Shown: positions 20,529-31,626 of the stretch, one piece after another | Numbering within the stretch: position 1 is the first letter of the stretch | Layout of the letters: every line of letters begins with the position of its first letter | Notes under the pieces: generated by a model | Databases searched by the model: none | What the model was told of the DNA's origin: nothing | The model's input: only the letters and a program-made list of their open reading frames with translations | Program-made: the position numbers and the translations under genes | Assembly (NCBI GenBank): GCA_963775465.1 | Contig: CAVZIW010000013.1 | Span: forward strand, 64,001 to 128,000 | Reading direction: 5' to 3' | DNA length: 64,000 nt | Origin: Candidatus Bathyarchaeota archaeon | Lineage (GTDB): Archaea > Thermoproteota > Bathyarchaeia > Bathyarchaeales > Bathycorpusculaceae

Positions 20529-21263
20529 ATGGTTTGTCGAGCATTGATTTTCGATTATGTGGGCACCTTAGTTAACTGCAAAGGCTATACAATGGATGCC
20601 TCACGAGAAAAACTCCACAAGGCATTGATCGCCGAAGGTTTTGCAACAGACAAAGACAAGTTCTTGGAAGCTTACATTTACTCACACGAAAAATACCGCA
20701 AAATCCGCTACGAACAACACCGTGAAGTGACTAATGCTATATGGGTTTCTGAAGCGCTTTGCAGTTTGGGCTTTAGAGTTTCGCCAGATAACTTGAAAAT
20801 TAAAGCCGCTTTAAACGTTTTTTTCAAGGATTTTATTGATGCCCTTGAATTGAGGGTAGGAGCAAAGAGACTACTTTTACAAGCGCGAACACTCGGGAAA
20901 GTGGGACTAATCTCAAACTTCACTTATGCACCCGTCATTTACAGAAGCCTAAGAAAAGTCGGTATAAACCATTTTTTCAATGTAGTTGTTGTATCTGAGG
21001 AAAATGGGCACAGAAAACCTAGCCCCGAAATTTTTCAAAACGCCCTAGACAAACTCGATATAATGCCATGTGAAGCAGTTTACTTCGGAGACAGCCCTAT
21101 CGAAGATATCAAAGGAGCCAAACAAGTGGGACTCAAAACAGTTTTCGTTCCTTCACAGTTTAACAGTCTGAAAGACCTGAAGGAAAAAAAACAAGAGCCA
21201 GATTATATTGCGGCAAACTTATCGGCGATTTCGAAGAAACTCGATGAAATCAGTTCTTTCTGA
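20529..21263 (+). CDS. HAD-superfamily hydrolase
   Basis: FDYVGTL, SN, KP, GDSPIEDI. Confidence 0.9.
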   Translation: MVCRALIFDYVGTLVNCKGYTMDASREKLHKALIAEGFATDKDKFLEAYIYSHEKYRKIRYEQHREVTNAIWVSEALCSLGFRVSPDNLKIKAALNVFFKDFIDALELRVGAKRLLLQARTLGKVGLISNFTYAPVIYRSLRKVGINHFFNVVVVSEENGHRKPSPEIFQNALDKLDIMPCEAVYFGDSPIEDIKGAKQVGLKTVFVPSQFNSLKDLKEKKQEPDYIAANLSAISKKLDEISSF

Positions 21264-21478
21264 AACATGAAATTTAGACTTACCAGCACATCTTAGAATG
21301 GACTAAAAGCAACAGGGATAGAAACTTTTTTGGAAAAATATTTAGGCAAAGTCCCTCAACCCTCAAAAGTACAATATGCACAGAAAAATTAGCGTCTCGA
21401 TTCGCAAAGCAACCAAGTGCTCACAAATTTTTTATACATCTTCAACCGAAAGAATAACGAGTTAAGGAAGAAACGGAA

Positions 21479-22003
21479 TTGTATCCACAAAATCAACCCA
21501 CTGCCGCATATTGGCTATCAATAATTGGTGGCATACTCGGTATATTGGGATCAATAGCATTATTCGCATTTGGAGTAATAGTATATTCTGCGTACAACAA
21601 CGTCTTAGGTTACTACGGCAACTACTATTATGACGGCATATTTTTCGGTTGGGGTTGGTCAATATTTATTGGATTAGGCATATGGACCTTAATCTCATCC
21701 ATAATGATTATTATATTTGCAATCAAACTCAAAGCTAATCCGATCGAACATACAAAATGGGGTATACTCATTCTGGTATTTTCCATAATAGGTCTCGGCG
21801 GAGGAATTCTAGCATTGATCGGCGGTATATTAGCATTAGTCTACAACCCTACACCCCCAGGAACAGCGCAACAATACAATCCACCACCACAAACATACGC
21901 TCCTCCACCACAAAAAACTGCCACAATAGCTTGTCCACAATGCGGAAGAATCGTCGATTCCAATCAAAAGTTCTGCCCAAATTGTGGCAAACAATTGAAC
22001 TAA
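21479..22003 (+). CDS. membrane protein with C-terminal zinc ribbon
   Basis: 3-4 TM segments, Pro-rich linker, CPQCG...FCPNCG. Confidence 0.85.
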   Translation: MYPQNQPTAAYWLSIIGGILGILGSIALFAFGVIVYSAYNNVLGYYGNYYYDGIFFGWGWSIFIGLGIWTLISSIMIIIFAIKLKANPIEHTKWGILILVFSIIGLGGGILALIGGILALVYNPTPPGTAQQYNPPPQTYAPPPQKTATIACPQCGRIVDSNQKFCPNCGKQLN

Positions 22004-22149
22004 ACCAGAAAGCCAATTGTTTTTTGGAAACCAATTTTTCTACTCAAGTCTTACAGAAGGAAATAGACTAACAAAAACTAAATCAAAGGCAGTTTTTTCC
22101 ACTTTCTTATTTTAGATACCCAAAATGGAAAAAACAAAAAAGAAAGAAG

Positions 22150-23382
22150 TTAGATCTTCTTTGTTTGAACAGCGTTTTCCAAAGCTAAAACGCCCGGAAG
22201 TTTTTTGCCCATCAAAAATTCGATAAGCGCACCACCTGCGGTACTAATATAGCCGATTTTCTTGGTTAATCCGTATTCATTGATGGCTGCAATAGTATTT
22301 CCTCCTCCTGCAAGTGAGAAAGCTTGACTATCTGCTATTGCTTCGAAGACTTTTTTTGTACCATAATTGAATTCTTTGTTCTCGTAAACGCCCATTGGAC
22401 CGCTAACAACGATAGATTTTGCCGATAGAATTTTTTTCGAATATGCTTCGACAGTTTTAGTTCCAATATCCAAAAGCGAGTTTTCAGCGGGCAAACTGCT
22501 AACTTCGATTTCTTTGCGAATGCCATCAGCATCCATTGCCACGTCAACAGGAATCATAACTTTGTCACCGAATTGCTCTTCAAGTGCTCTGATTCCTGGA
22601 ATTAAACCTGTCAACTCTTTTTTTTCTAAAAATGCCATGTTTGCTTTGCCAATGTCAACTCCTTTTGCCGCCAAGAATAGCTGACCAGTTACGCCGCCTG
22701 TAAGCACATAATCAGCAATTCCATTTCCCAAGACATACTTACTAATCTCAAGGGAGTCATCAGCTTTTGCGCCTCCCATAACATATACACAAGGTTTTTC
22801 AGGTTTTTCCAATGCTTTGCTAAGCGATTTAAGCTCGCGCTCCATAATTCTGCCCGCTGCAGAAGGCAACACCGCAGTAAATCCAACCATGCTTACGTGA
22901 CCCCGGTGCGCTGCAGCAAACGCATCATTAACAAACAAATCTGCCAAGGGCGCAAGGTTCTGGACGAGATCGGTTTTACTAGCCTCCTCAATGGTCATGC
23001 TTTTAGTTTCTTTATCCCAGCTACGTACGTTTTCTAAAACAAGGATTTCACCGCCTTGCAAACTCTTTATGGCTGCCTTGGCTTTGTCGCCAAACAAATC
23101 ATCAACATACTTCACGGGGCAATTAAGGATTTTTCCAAGAATTTCAGCGTGTTCTTTTAACGGAGTGTAATCAGCGTCGCCTTTGCGGCCTTGATGTGCA
23201 AGTACAACGGTTTTAGCACCTTTCTCAGCCAATTCTTTAAGAGTTGATTCCGCATGCGCTCTGATCCTCACATCACTGTTAACTTTTTTTGTTTGAGGAT
23301 CTATTTCTGAGTTAAAATCTACTCTGACAAGAACAACTTTGTTCTTAACTTGAAAATCATCCAAAGTCTTGTACTTTGCCAT
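22150..23382 (-). CDS. pgk: phosphoglycerate kinase (archaeal type)
   Basis: RVDFNS, HQGR, NDAFAAAHR, GGAK, STAGGA. Confidence 0.97.
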   Translation of the reverse strand: MAKYKTLDDFQVKNKVVLVRVDFNSEIDPQTKKVNSDVRIRAHAESTLKELAEKGAKTVVLAHQGRKGDADYTPLKEHAEILGKILNCPVKYVDDLFGDKAKAAIKSLQGGEILVLENVRSWDKETKSMTIEEASKTDLVQNLAPLADLFVNDAFAAAHRGHVSMVGFTAVLPSAAGRIMERELKSLSKALEKPEKPCVYVMGGAKADDSLEISKYVLGNGIADYVLTGGVTGQLFLAAKGVDIGKANMAFLEKKELTGLIPGIRALEEQFGDKVMIPVDVAMDADGIRKEIEVSSLPAENSLLDIGTKTVEAYSKKILSAKSIVVSGPMGVYENKEFNYGTKKVFEAIADSQAFSLAGGGNTIAAINEYGLTKKIGYISTAGGALIEFLMGKKLPGVLALENAVQTKKI

Positions 23383-23451
23383 ATATAATACACCTAAGAG
23401 TTAATACTAAAAAAGAAAGAAAGGATGGATTTAAGTTTGTTTACACTTGGC

Positions 23452-24471
23452 CTAGAGGTTAGCTTTTTTTCCTACCATTTCGATGAATTCTATCATTCGG
23501 TTGCTAAAGCCCCATTCATTATCGTACCATGCGAAGACCTTCACGAAGTTGCCCTTCTCGCCTAAAACCATGGTTAAGCCTGCATCGAAAACGCTGCTAT
23601 AGTTGTTGTGAAGGACATCAGTGCTAACAATTGGATCTTCAGTATACTGCAAAATTCCTTTTAGCTCTCCTTCTGCTGCTTCTTTCATCGCTGCATTGAT
23701 TTCTGCTTTAGTTACATCTTTGCCTAAGATTGCGGTGAGGTCAACAATGGATACGTCTGGAGTTGGCACACGCAAGGAGTAACCATTCATTTTGCCGGCG
23801 CAACTTGGCAGAACTAAACCGATTGCTTTTGCTGCTCCGGTACTGGTTGGGATAATGTTGATTGCTGCGGCTCGTGCACGTCTGGGGTCTTTGTGCACAA
23901 TGTCTTGGATTTTCTGGTCATTAGTATAGCTGTGACAAGTTGTCATGAGTGCCTTTTCCAAGCCAAAGCTATCTGATAACACTTTGCTTATTGGAGCCAA
24001 GGCGTTGGTTGTGCAACTGGCATTCGAAAGAATGTTGTGTTTTTCTGGATCGTATGTATTATCGTTTACGCCCAAAACAAATGTTGCGTCCGGGTCAGTT
24101 GCTGGAGCTGAAATTAGGACTTTTTTTGCTCCTGCAGCAAGATGTTTGCTTGCACCTTCACGATTCGTGAATAAACCTGTGGATTCTATAGCAAGGTAAA
24201 CTCCCAAGTCTTTCCAGGGGAGTTGCGCGGGGTCTCTAATGCTCAGACATTTGAGGTCTTTTCCGTTAACTAAGAGGTCGCTTCCTTTTACTTCAATAGT
24301 TCCAGGAAAGCGCCCATGAACGGAGTCGTATTTGAGCAAATTGCCATTAGTTTTCGCGTCTGCAAGATCGTTGATGGCTACAAAATCAATGTCTGCATTC
24401 TTTTCAATCGCTGCTCTATAGAGAAGACGTCCAATTCTTCCAAAACCATTAATTCCAACTTTTATCGCCAT
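23452..24471 (-). CDS. gap: type I (bacterial-like) glyceraldehyde-3-phosphate dehydrogenase
   Basis: [36 protein letters not shown]. Confidence 0.97.
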   Translation of the reverse strand: MAIKVGINGFGRIGRLLYRAAIEKNADIDFVAINDLADAKTNGNLLKYDSVHGRFPGTIEVKGSDLLVNGKDLKCLSIRDPAQLPWKDLGVYLAIESTGLFTNREGASKHLAAGAKKVLISAPATDPDATFVLGVNDNTYDPEKHNILSNASCTTNALAPISKVLSDSFGLEKALMTTCHSYTNDQKIQDIVHKDPRRARAAAINIIPTSTGAAKAIGLVLPSCAGKMNGYSLRVPTPDVSIVDLTAILGKDVTKAEINAAMKEAAEGELKGILQYTEDPIVSTDVLHNNYSSVFDAGLTMVLGEKGNFVKVFAWYDNEWGFSNRMIEFIEMVGKKANL

Positions 24472-24732
24472 AACAATTCACCTAACAATAAAACTGTAAA
24501 AAGCCACTCTAACAATATTAATTTTCCGACAAAACAGGCTTCATCAAACTATAAAGCCCTCAACAAGAGTAAAAATCATTATTTATGTTTAGAGAAAAAA
24601 CTCCTTTGCATGATTGAAGACAAAGAAATCAGATCTTGACTAAACAAATGTTTTCTTAAACATCTTTGAAGAAGATAGCAAAAATTAAAAGGAGACATAT
24701 CACACATTAAGTAAACAATCGGTGATCAAGTT

Positions 24733-25101
24733 ATGAGTGATTGTGACGTCGCTATCTCTTATGAACCCTTTAAAGAAATTGTGATTATGGAAAAAACCCA
24801 TTTTAACAGCCCTGACGAAATCGCACGCTTCACCTCCATCATTGCAGGGGGTAAATTAGCTGGGCTCTACTGGGTGGACGGCATAGTGTTTTTGTATTTT
24901 CCTCTTACAGCTTCAACGACCGCAGTCGCTAAAGAACTACTTGAAAAACACAAAGTCTATTGGACCTACGTTGGCTATTCAGATATGCCAAAATACACAC
25001 CTACTATTGAAACAAAAGAAAAAATGATCGTGCCCGTTATCGACATATCAGCTGACCCTGTATTGAAGTCAGTTGCGAAGTGGCTGAAAGAACAAAAATA
25101 G
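24733..25101 (+). CDS. conserved archaeal hypothetical protein
   Basis: GGTGA RBS; PFKEIVIME...LYWVDGIVF. Confidence 0.75.
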   Translation: MSDCDVAISYEPFKEIVIMEKTHFNSPDEIARFTSIIAGGKLAGLYWVDGIVFLYFPLTASTTAVAKELLEKHKVYWTYVGYSDMPKYTPTIETKEKMIVPVIDISADPVLKSVAKWLKEQK

Positions 25102-25116
25102 TTCGAAGGCCAAGGT

Positions 25117-25503
25117 TTGCCAGAAATAGTATTACGAGGCAAGGTGTTTTCAGGCACAGGAAAAGGGAAATGCTTCGTTGACTTGCCATGGGTTCGTCAC
25201 CAACTTGAAAAAGCACTTGACTCTTCTCCTTATTCTGGAACCTTGAATGTTCGTTTGAAAGGAAAAGATATAGAAAACAAATCAATTCTTGAAAACTCCG
25301 AAGGAACAATTGTTGTTCCCCAAATAGGGTACTATCCAGGAATGCTCTTTAAAGCCAAAATCGGTTCTTTACAGTGCGCCGTCGTAATTCCTTTAGTTCC
25401 CAATTACCCAAAAGACCTCTTAGAGGTTATAGCGCCCGTCTACTTGCGCGGCATCCTCAATTTAGTGGACGGAAACGAAGTTGCTATCACGGTGAAGATT
25501 TAG
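25117..25503 (+). CDS. ribK: CTP-dependent riboflavin kinase
   Basis: GKVFSGTGKG, PYSGTLNV, LEVIAPVYLR. Confidence 0.9.
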   Translation: MPEIVLRGKVFSGTGKGKCFVDLPWVRHQLEKALDSSPYSGTLNVRLKGKDIENKSILENSEGTIVVPQIGYYPGMLFKAKIGSLQCAVVIPLVPNYPKDLLEVIAPVYLRGILNLVDGNEVAITVKI

Positions 25504-26992
25504 TGATTTTTGTTTTCTTTAATGCCGCCATATACTCATCAAAACAGCCGACTTTTTGAAGGTAAGAACCATAAGTTACCAACGCTTTCATGGCTCTTGC
25601 TGCATCCTCAGGCGACTCAAAAGATGGAACACCAAGCTTATCGAAACGGGACCTGGTATATAGCGCCATTTCTGTCTCACCGATATCGCACATAACTATA
25701 GGCTTGGTATAACTTTCAGCGACTTTCACTAGTCCGTCTATGTAAACCTCTCTGAGTCCCGGCATGTGATGTAGCCCAAGAAGAATTATACCACAGATGT
25801 TAGGTTCCTGAAACATCAGATCAGCGGCCATAACAAACATATCATCAGTAACTGAACCAGTGAGGTCAACCGGGTTTGATGTAGCAGCGATCTTTAGGAT
25901 GATATTTTGATCTTTAAGCTCTTGGAATTTTTTCAAAGTCGCGTCAGAGAAACGGTCCACCGTTAGACCCAAAGCTTCACATTCATCAACAGTCATAACT
26001 CCCGGTCCGCCCGCATCAGTCAAGATGCCGATATTTTTGCCCATGGCTGGGGGTTGCATCGCTAAGGCTTTACCGATATCAAAGAATTCTTCCATATCTC
26101 GAGCACGAATTATTCCTCCTTGTTCGAACGCGGCGTCGTAGATCTTGTCTGACCCTGCAATGGCCCCAGTGTGTGAAGCAGCAGCTCTCGCACCAGCAGC
26201 ACTTCGTCCTGATTTGATGACTACAATAGGTTTTTTGGCTGTAACCTTCTTTGATATATTCAGAAATTCCCGTCCATCTTTGACATCTTCAAGATAAACA
26301 AGGATGACTTTGGTTTCTTTGTCATGCAGTAGATAATGGAGTATGTCAGATTCAGTGACATCGCATTTGTTGCCAAAACTAACAAATTTACTGACACCCA
26401 TCTGTCGCCCGGTTAGGTAGTCGAGCGCAGCTACACCAAAGGCTCCACTCTGAGTAATCATAGCTATGTTGCCTGGAAGCGGTCTTGGCGTCGCGACTAC
26501 GTCTTCACCTGTGGTTAAAACCTTGGTTTCGGGCAGAAATAGAGTATCAATACCTGTTTTAGAGTAATAAACTCCAAGGCAGTTGGGTCCTAAGACACGA
26601 ATACCTGCCTTCTTGGCGACCGCGACCACTTGGTCTTCAAGTTCTTTGTTTCCGACCTCCTTAAAGCCCGAACTAATGATTATAGCAGTCTTAACTTTCT
26701 TAACAGCTGCTTCTTCCATCACTGTTAAAACTACCCGAGCAGGAACAATTATTACGACTAATTCTATTTCACCAGGAATTTTAGACAACGATTTAAAGCA
26801 TTTGAAGCCAAGAATCGAGTCTTCATTTGGGTTAACAGGATAAAGAGCCCCTTTGAAAATACCATGTTCCTTGTTAGTGGCAAAGTTCTTAAAAATAACA
26901 TGACCTGCCTTATCGACTTTCTTAGTGGCGCCGATAACTGCAACTGAACGCGGATTAAAAAATGCATCCATTTTTCGAAGCGTATCTACCAT
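25487..26992 (-). CDS. acdA: ADP-forming acetyl/acyl-CoA synthetase alpha subunit
   Basis: SVAVIGAT, GPNCLG, TQSGAFG, AASHTGA phospho-His, NPVDLTG. Confidence 0.93.
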   Translation of the reverse strand: MVDTLRKMDAFFNPRSVAVIGATKKVDKAGHVIFKNFATNKEHGIFKGALYPVNPNEDSILGFKCFKSLSKIPGEIELVVIIVPARVVLTVMEEAAVKKVKTAIIISSGFKEVGNKELEDQVVAVAKKAGIRVLGPNCLGVYYSKTGIDTLFLPETKVLTTGEDVVATPRPLPGNIAMITQSGAFGVAALDYLTGRQMGVSKFVSFGNKCDVTESDILHYLLHDKETKVILVYLEDVKDGREFLNISKKVTAKKPIVVIKSGRSAAGARAAASHTGAIAGSDKIYDAAFEQGGIIRARDMEEFFDIGKALAMQPPAMGKNIGILTDAGGPGVMTVDECEALGLTVDRFSDATLKKFQELKDQNIILKIAATSNPVDLTGSVTDDMFVMAADLMFQEPNICGIILLGLHHMPGLREVYIDGLVKVAESYTKPIVMCDIGETEMALYTRSRFDKLGVPSFESPEDAARAMKALVTYGSYLQKVGCFDEYMAALKKTKITKSSP

Positions 26993-27065
26993 ATTCTATC
27001 CCGTCACTGCGCTAAGTCTTACAATCCATGTTTTATGTGTTACTCTAAAGAAAAGTTCTTTTCGG

Positions 27066-27932
27066 TTAAACAATCAACGAAGAGCCTTTCTGCCGCGTTC
27101 TTCTTATTATTACTATGGGCTTATGTCGGATTGCGCTAAGCATTTCCCATGTTACAGCATCAACCTTTACATGGAACCTTGCGGCCATATCCCAAACGGT
27201 GGCACCTGATCCTGCTCCACGAGTTTTGTCGGCAATATTAGTAATTTTCAATGCTTCAGCAGCCTTCAGATTGCAACCAACAGCCGACAATGGCGTTGAA
27301 CTTTTCTTTAATTCTAAAACCCTGCCCGCGACATACGTGAATACCCCTCCAAATGAATGGATCCCCCTTAGAGGTCTCGGTCGCGGAGTGAAGAAAAAAT
27401 TTCGAAACTTGTAGGTCTTGTCTGTATCGGCTATTAGTAAGCAAACGTTTTTCTGCAGTCTCTGTCGGATTTGCTCTCGGATTTTCCATGCTACAGCATC
27501 TGCGTTTTCCAATGGCAAACTCACATAAGAGTAGGCTAGGTTTGAACCATCAATGCCTCCTTCTGAACCAAACAAGAGTGCCTGCCAAATCCCCGCGTAT
27601 TGAAGAGCAACCTGTTTGTGGTAACTGCCAGATTCAAGCGGGTATTCACGGAGCCTTATTAACAGTCGCTGCCCAAAACCACACATTATCCCAAGCGGGT
27701 AACCCCAAAAAAGACGCATCCATAAACTGGCCAAAACCTTGGCCATCAAACCTGATTTTACTCTACTCTCATCAACCATATTGCCAAGCGCCGTCGAAAT
27801 TGCCTTCTCAGACACTACAACAAAATCACCGTCTTCAACTTTGCCTTGGATAGCGGCTATGATTTTCTCTGTGTAGTCGCTATTAGGTTTCCAGTAGCTG
27901 GTCGAAATCGCCAATGAACGATACCGGGTCAT
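27066..27932 (-). CDS. F420-0:gamma-glutamyl ligase (CofE)-like protein
   Basis: DGDFVVVSEKAIS, GGIDGSN, IADTD; ATG at 27932. Confidence 0.75.
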   Translation of the reverse strand: MTRYRSLAISTSYWKPNSDYTEKIIAAIQGKVEDGDFVVVSEKAISTALGNMVDESRVKSGLMAKVLASLWMRLFWGYPLGIMCGFGQRLLIRLREYPLESGSYHKQVALQYAGIWQALLFGSEGGIDGSNLAYSYVSLPLENADAVAWKIREQIRQRLQKNVCLLIADTDKTYKFRNFFFTPRPRPLRGIHSFGGVFTYVAGRVLELKKSSTPLSAVGCNLKAAEALKITNIADKTRGAGSGATVWDMAARFHVKVDAVTWEMLSAIRHKPIVIIRRTRQKGSSLIV

Positions 27933-27985
27933 CTGCTTTGGCACGAATTCAAAGTCAGGTTTTAGCCTAATAAGAGTTGGTTTGC

Positions 27986-29041
27986 CTAAAACAGTGCATA
28001 GGGGAAACGTTGGCTGTTTTGGTACAGTTTTCCTTTTATTGGAATTTGGTGTCCGCAGACATGGCATTTCATGTCTTTAGTGAGGTTCCATGCAGTAATG
28101 TCAAAGGCTTCGCGTTTGATGACTGCTGTATCACAGTTGGGGCAGTAGGTGTTCTCGCCTGGATGACCGGGAACATTGCCGACATAGACATAGTGCAAGC
28201 CTTGGTTTTTAGCAGTCAACAATGCTCTCTCCATTTCTTTCACGCTTGTTGCAGGAATTGTAGTCATCTTATATTCTGGATGAAAACGCAGAAGATGTAA
28301 AGGTGTGTCCGCTCCAAGATAGTTTTTAACCCATTTGGCGAGTTCGCGGATGTGATCCATCGAATCGCCTGATTTGGGGACTACAAGATTTGTTAGTTCA
28401 ATATGAACTCTTTGGAGTTTGAACTCCTTTAAGCTCTCGAAGATTGGCTCAACGTTTGGCACCGACATGTTGGATTTGTAAAAGTTGGGATCACCGCCAC
28501 CTTTGAAATCAACCGTAACAGCATCTAAATACGGAGCGATAGTCTTGACCGCCTCTGTAGTCATATATCCGTTTGTTACAAAAGTGTTAAACAAACCTGC
28601 ATCTTTGGCGAGTTTAGCAGTATCGTAAGCATATTCCATAAATATTGTTGGTTCAGTGTAGGTGTAGCTAATGCCTTGACAACCCGATTTCAACGCTGCT
28701 TTAACTACCTCTTCAGGCGGGAAAGTTTTCCCAGCAATTTCTCGGTCTTGGCTTATCATCCAGTTGTCGCAGAATTGGCAGCGGAAATTGCAACCAGCGG
28801 CAGCAATTGACAAGACCAACGCTCCAGGATTGAAATGTGACAACGGTTTTTTACTGATGGGGTCAACACCTGCAGACACGGCTTTACCGTAGTTTAATGA
28901 ATAGAGGGTTCCACCTTCGTTTTTACGAACCAAACAAAAACCTGTAGAATCAACGCTAATCAAACAGCGACGAGCACAGAGGCAACATTTTACTTTGCCC
29001 TCGCCTTGGCGCTCGTAGAGCATAGCTTCATGCAACGACAT
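27986..29041 (-). CDS. AmmeMemoRadiSam-type radical SAM enzyme (PFL-activase-like)
   Basis: CxLCxRxC N-terminus, DPISKKPL, CNFRCQFC, YTYTEP, C-terminal CPNC/CHVC. Confidence 0.9.
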   Translation of the reverse strand: MSLHEAMLYERQGEGKVKCCLCARRCLISVDSTGFCLVRKNEGGTLYSLNYGKAVSAGVDPISKKPLSHFNPGALVLSIAAAGCNFRCQFCDNWMISQDREIAGKTFPPEEVVKAALKSGCQGISYTYTEPTIFMEYAYDTAKLAKDAGLFNTFVTNGYMTTEAVKTIAPYLDAVTVDFKGGGDPNFYKSNMSVPNVEPIFESLKEFKLQRVHIELTNLVVPKSGDSMDHIRELAKWVKNYLGADTPLHLLRFHPEYKMTTIPATSVKEMERALLTAKNQGLHYVYVGNVPGHPGENTYCPNCDTAVIKREAFDITAWNLTKDMKCHVCGHQIPIKGKLYQNSQRFPYALF

Positions 29042-29151
29042 GATTATACCACAAGAGAAGAAGGAGAATTGCATTTAAAAGCATTAACTTCACAAGCCTG
29101 TTTATTCTAAAATTAAAAAGAACATGTTGAGTTCTATGACCAGAATTGGGT

Positions 29152-29484
29152 TTAGAGCATCTTATTGAAGAAGCAGGTTTTTTCTCCAGTATGGCACACA
29201 GCACCAGTCTGATCAACAATGTAAAGCAAAGCATCGTAGTCACAGTCTGTTGAGACAGAGATGATTTTTTGGGTGTGACCTGAGGTTTCGCCTTTAACCC
29301 AAAGTTCATTTCGAGAACGACTCCAATAAGTGCCTTTCTTAGTCTTAAGAGTTAATTCCACAGCTTCTCTGTTCGCATAAGCAAGCATCAACATCTCCTT
29401 AGTTTTAGCATCTTGAACAACCACGGGAATAAGCCCGTTGCCTTTTTTGAAGTCTAATTTTTCAAGCAGTTCTTCATATGTCAT
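29152..29484 (-). CDS. hisI: phosphoribosyl-AMP cyclohydrolase (monofunctional)
   Basis: [28 protein letters not shown]. Confidence 0.97.
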   Translation of the reverse strand: MTYEELLEKLDFKKGNGLIPVVVQDAKTKEMLMLAYANREAVELTLKTKKGTYWSRSRNELWVKGETSGHTQKIISVSTDCDYDALLYIVDQTGAVCHTGEKTCFFNKML

Positions 29485-30284
29485 ATTCGAATAGTCACCC
29501 CCATCATACGCAAATAATCTTTCACAACAGGAACAGGATAACTCTTATAGTGAAAAATCGAAGCCGCCAAAGCAGCATCAGCCTTACCATCGGTTAACAC
29601 ATCAAAGAGGTGTTTTGGAATTCCTGCGCCTCCACTTGCAATGATGGGCACATTTACTCGTTCGGAAATCGCACGAGTTAGCTCTATATCGTAACCATCT
29701 TTTGTGCCATCCTTATCCATCGAAGTTACCAAGAACTCACCCGCCCCAAGCTTCTCAGCCTCCATAGCCCAGGCAACCGCATCCATCCCTGTAGGTTTCC
29801 TGCCGCCATATGTGACAACTTCAAACCATAATTTGCCTTCGCCTGTTTCAACCATAATCTTGTTCTCGCTTGATATCTTGTTGCGCCTAGCGTCAATGGC
29901 TACGACTACGCATTGTCTGCCGAAAACATCCGCCAGTTCTGTGATTAATTTGGGATTTTCAACTGCTGCAGTATTAACTGAAACTTTGTCAGCACCACTG
30001 CACAAAATTAGTCTTGCATCCCCCACATTGCGAATCCCCCCGCCTACAGTAAAAGGGATACTTATTGCTTTGGCTACACCTTCAACAACCCCACGCAAGA
30101 TGTCCCTTTTCTCAGAAGATGCCGTTATGTCAAGAAAAACCAGTTCATCAGCACCTTCGTCAGAATAACGCTTTGCCATCTCAACGGGGTCGCCCGCACA
30201 TTTCGGGTTAAGAAAGTTTATGCATTTGACAACTTTACCATGATCTACATCCAGACACGGCACTATACGCTTTGCTAAAGGCAT
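29481..30284 (-). CDS. hisF: imidazole glycerol phosphate synthase cyclase subunit
   Basis: [35 protein letters not shown]. Confidence 0.97.
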   Translation of the reverse strand: MPLAKRIVPCLDVDHGKVVKCINFLNPKCAGDPVEMAKRYSDEGADELVFLDITASSEKRDILRGVVEGVAKAISIPFTVGGGIRNVGDARLILCSGADKVSVNTAAVENPKLITELADVFGRQCVVVAIDARRNKISSENKIMVETGEGKLWFEVVTYGGRKPTGMDAVAWAMEAEKLGAGEFLVTSMDKDGTKDGYDIELTRAISERVNVPIIASGGAGIPKHLFDVLTDGKADAALAASIFHYKSYPVPVVKDYLRMMGVTIRI

Positions 30285-30287
30285 AAT

Positions 30288-31013
30288 TTAAGCTCCTATC
30301 TTTTGAATAGCTTCCTTTAATGTGAATCGACCTTCATAGAGAGCTTTACCAATGACTGAACCGTCCATACCGATTTCTTTAAGAGCAGCCAAATCGCCGA
30401 TACTTCCGATTCCTCCTGCTGCGATAATTTTCGCGCCTGGATAAAGAGCAGCTGTACTGAGCGTTTGAAGGTCTGGACCACTTAGCATGCCATCTTGTGC
30501 AATAGAAGTAATCAAGAATTGGTGAACACCAAGAGCAGAGTATTTTTCTAGTGCGTTATCCACAGTCATTGTAGTTGAGGTTTGCCAACCTTCAACCATA
30601 ATATATCCTTCCTTGTTATCTAAAGCAACAATGACAGAGTCTAAACCGAATTTCTGTTGAATTTTTTTAATCACTTCAGGATCGCTGAAAGCCAAGGCGC
30701 CAAGAATAACTTGCGTTATACCTGATTGGAAAAGTTTCTCAGCTATTTCAAAGCTGCGAATTCCGCCTCCGACTTGAATTGGCAAGGAAACATTCTTTGC
30801 AACTTCAGCTATGGTAACTTGGTTTTGGCCGATTCCAAAAGCTGCATCCAAATCGATAATGTGCAACTTGCCTGCACCTTCATCGTGCCACCGCTTTGCT
30901 GCTTCAAGTGGGGTACCAAATTGTTTTTCATAGCTTTTTACGGTTTTGGCCTCTCCACGAGTTAAGCGGACGATTTTGCCGTTCATTAAATCTATTGCTG
31001 GAATTAACTGCAT
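30288..31013 (-). CDS. hisA: ProFAR isomerase
   Basis: IPAIDL, HIIDLD, QVGGGIR, DGMLSG. Confidence 0.96.
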   Translation of the reverse strand: MQLIPAIDLMNGKIVRLTRGEAKTVKSYEKQFGTPLEAAKRWHDEGAGKLHIIDLDAAFGIGQNQVTIAEVAKNVSLPIQVGGGIRSFEIAEKLFQSGITQVILGALAFSDPEVIKKIQQKFGLDSVIVALDNKEGYIMVEGWQTSTTMTVDNALEKYSALGVHQFLITSIAQDGMLSGPDLQTLSTAALYPGAKIIAAGGIGSIGDLAALKEIGMDGSVIGKALYEGRFTLKEAIQKIGA

Positions 31014-31017
31014 AAAC

Positions 31018-31626
31018 TCACTTCACTATGATTTTTGCAAAGTTACTTAGAATTTTAAGACCCACGTCACCGGATTTTTCTGGGTGAAACTGGGTTCCGT
31101 AAATGTTTTTATTGGCAACCGCAGAGGTGAATCTTGTTCCGTACTGAGTTGTTGTGCAAACTATTTCTTTTTCCTTGGGCTCTGGATAGAGGGAGTGAAC
31201 GAAATAAACGTAAGTACAATCTGCTATACCGTCGAAAAGTTCGGTTGATTTGACGATTTCTAAAGTATTCCAACCCATGTGTGGTACCTTAACCGTTTTA
31301 GGCAACTGCATATTTCTGCCCTCAAACAGAGCTAAACCTATTCCGGGTCCTTCCTCGCTAGATTCAAAGAAAAGCTGCAAGCCCAAGCAGATGCCAAGTA
31401 ATGGTATACCCTCACTGATTTTTGTTTGGAGCACTTCCTTGACTAAATCCAGCTTTGAAGCGGCTGCGGTAAAGCTTCCAACTCCTGGTAGGGCAATGGC
31501 ATCAGCTTTTGCGAGGTCTCGCCATGTAGTTCCAATTGACGCCGCTAAACCAGCTTTTTCCAACGCGGTTTTAAGGCTAAGGAGGTTTCCCACACCATAA
31601 TCAAAAATGACTACTTCGGGCATCAA
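31018..31626 (-). CDS. hisH: imidazole glycerol phosphate synthase glutaminase subunit
   Basis: PGVG, GICLG, PHMGWN, QFHPEKS. Confidence 0.97.
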   Translation of the reverse strand: MMPEVVIFDYGVGNLLSLKTALEKAGLAASIGTTWRDLAKADAIALPGVGSFTAAASKLDLVKEVLQTKISEGIPLLGICLGLQLFFESSEEGPGIGLALFEGRNMQLPKTVKVPHMGWNTLEIVKSTELFDGIADCTYVYFVHSLYPEPKEKEIVCTTTQYGTRFTSAVANKNIYGTQFHPEKSGDVGLKILSNFAKIIVK

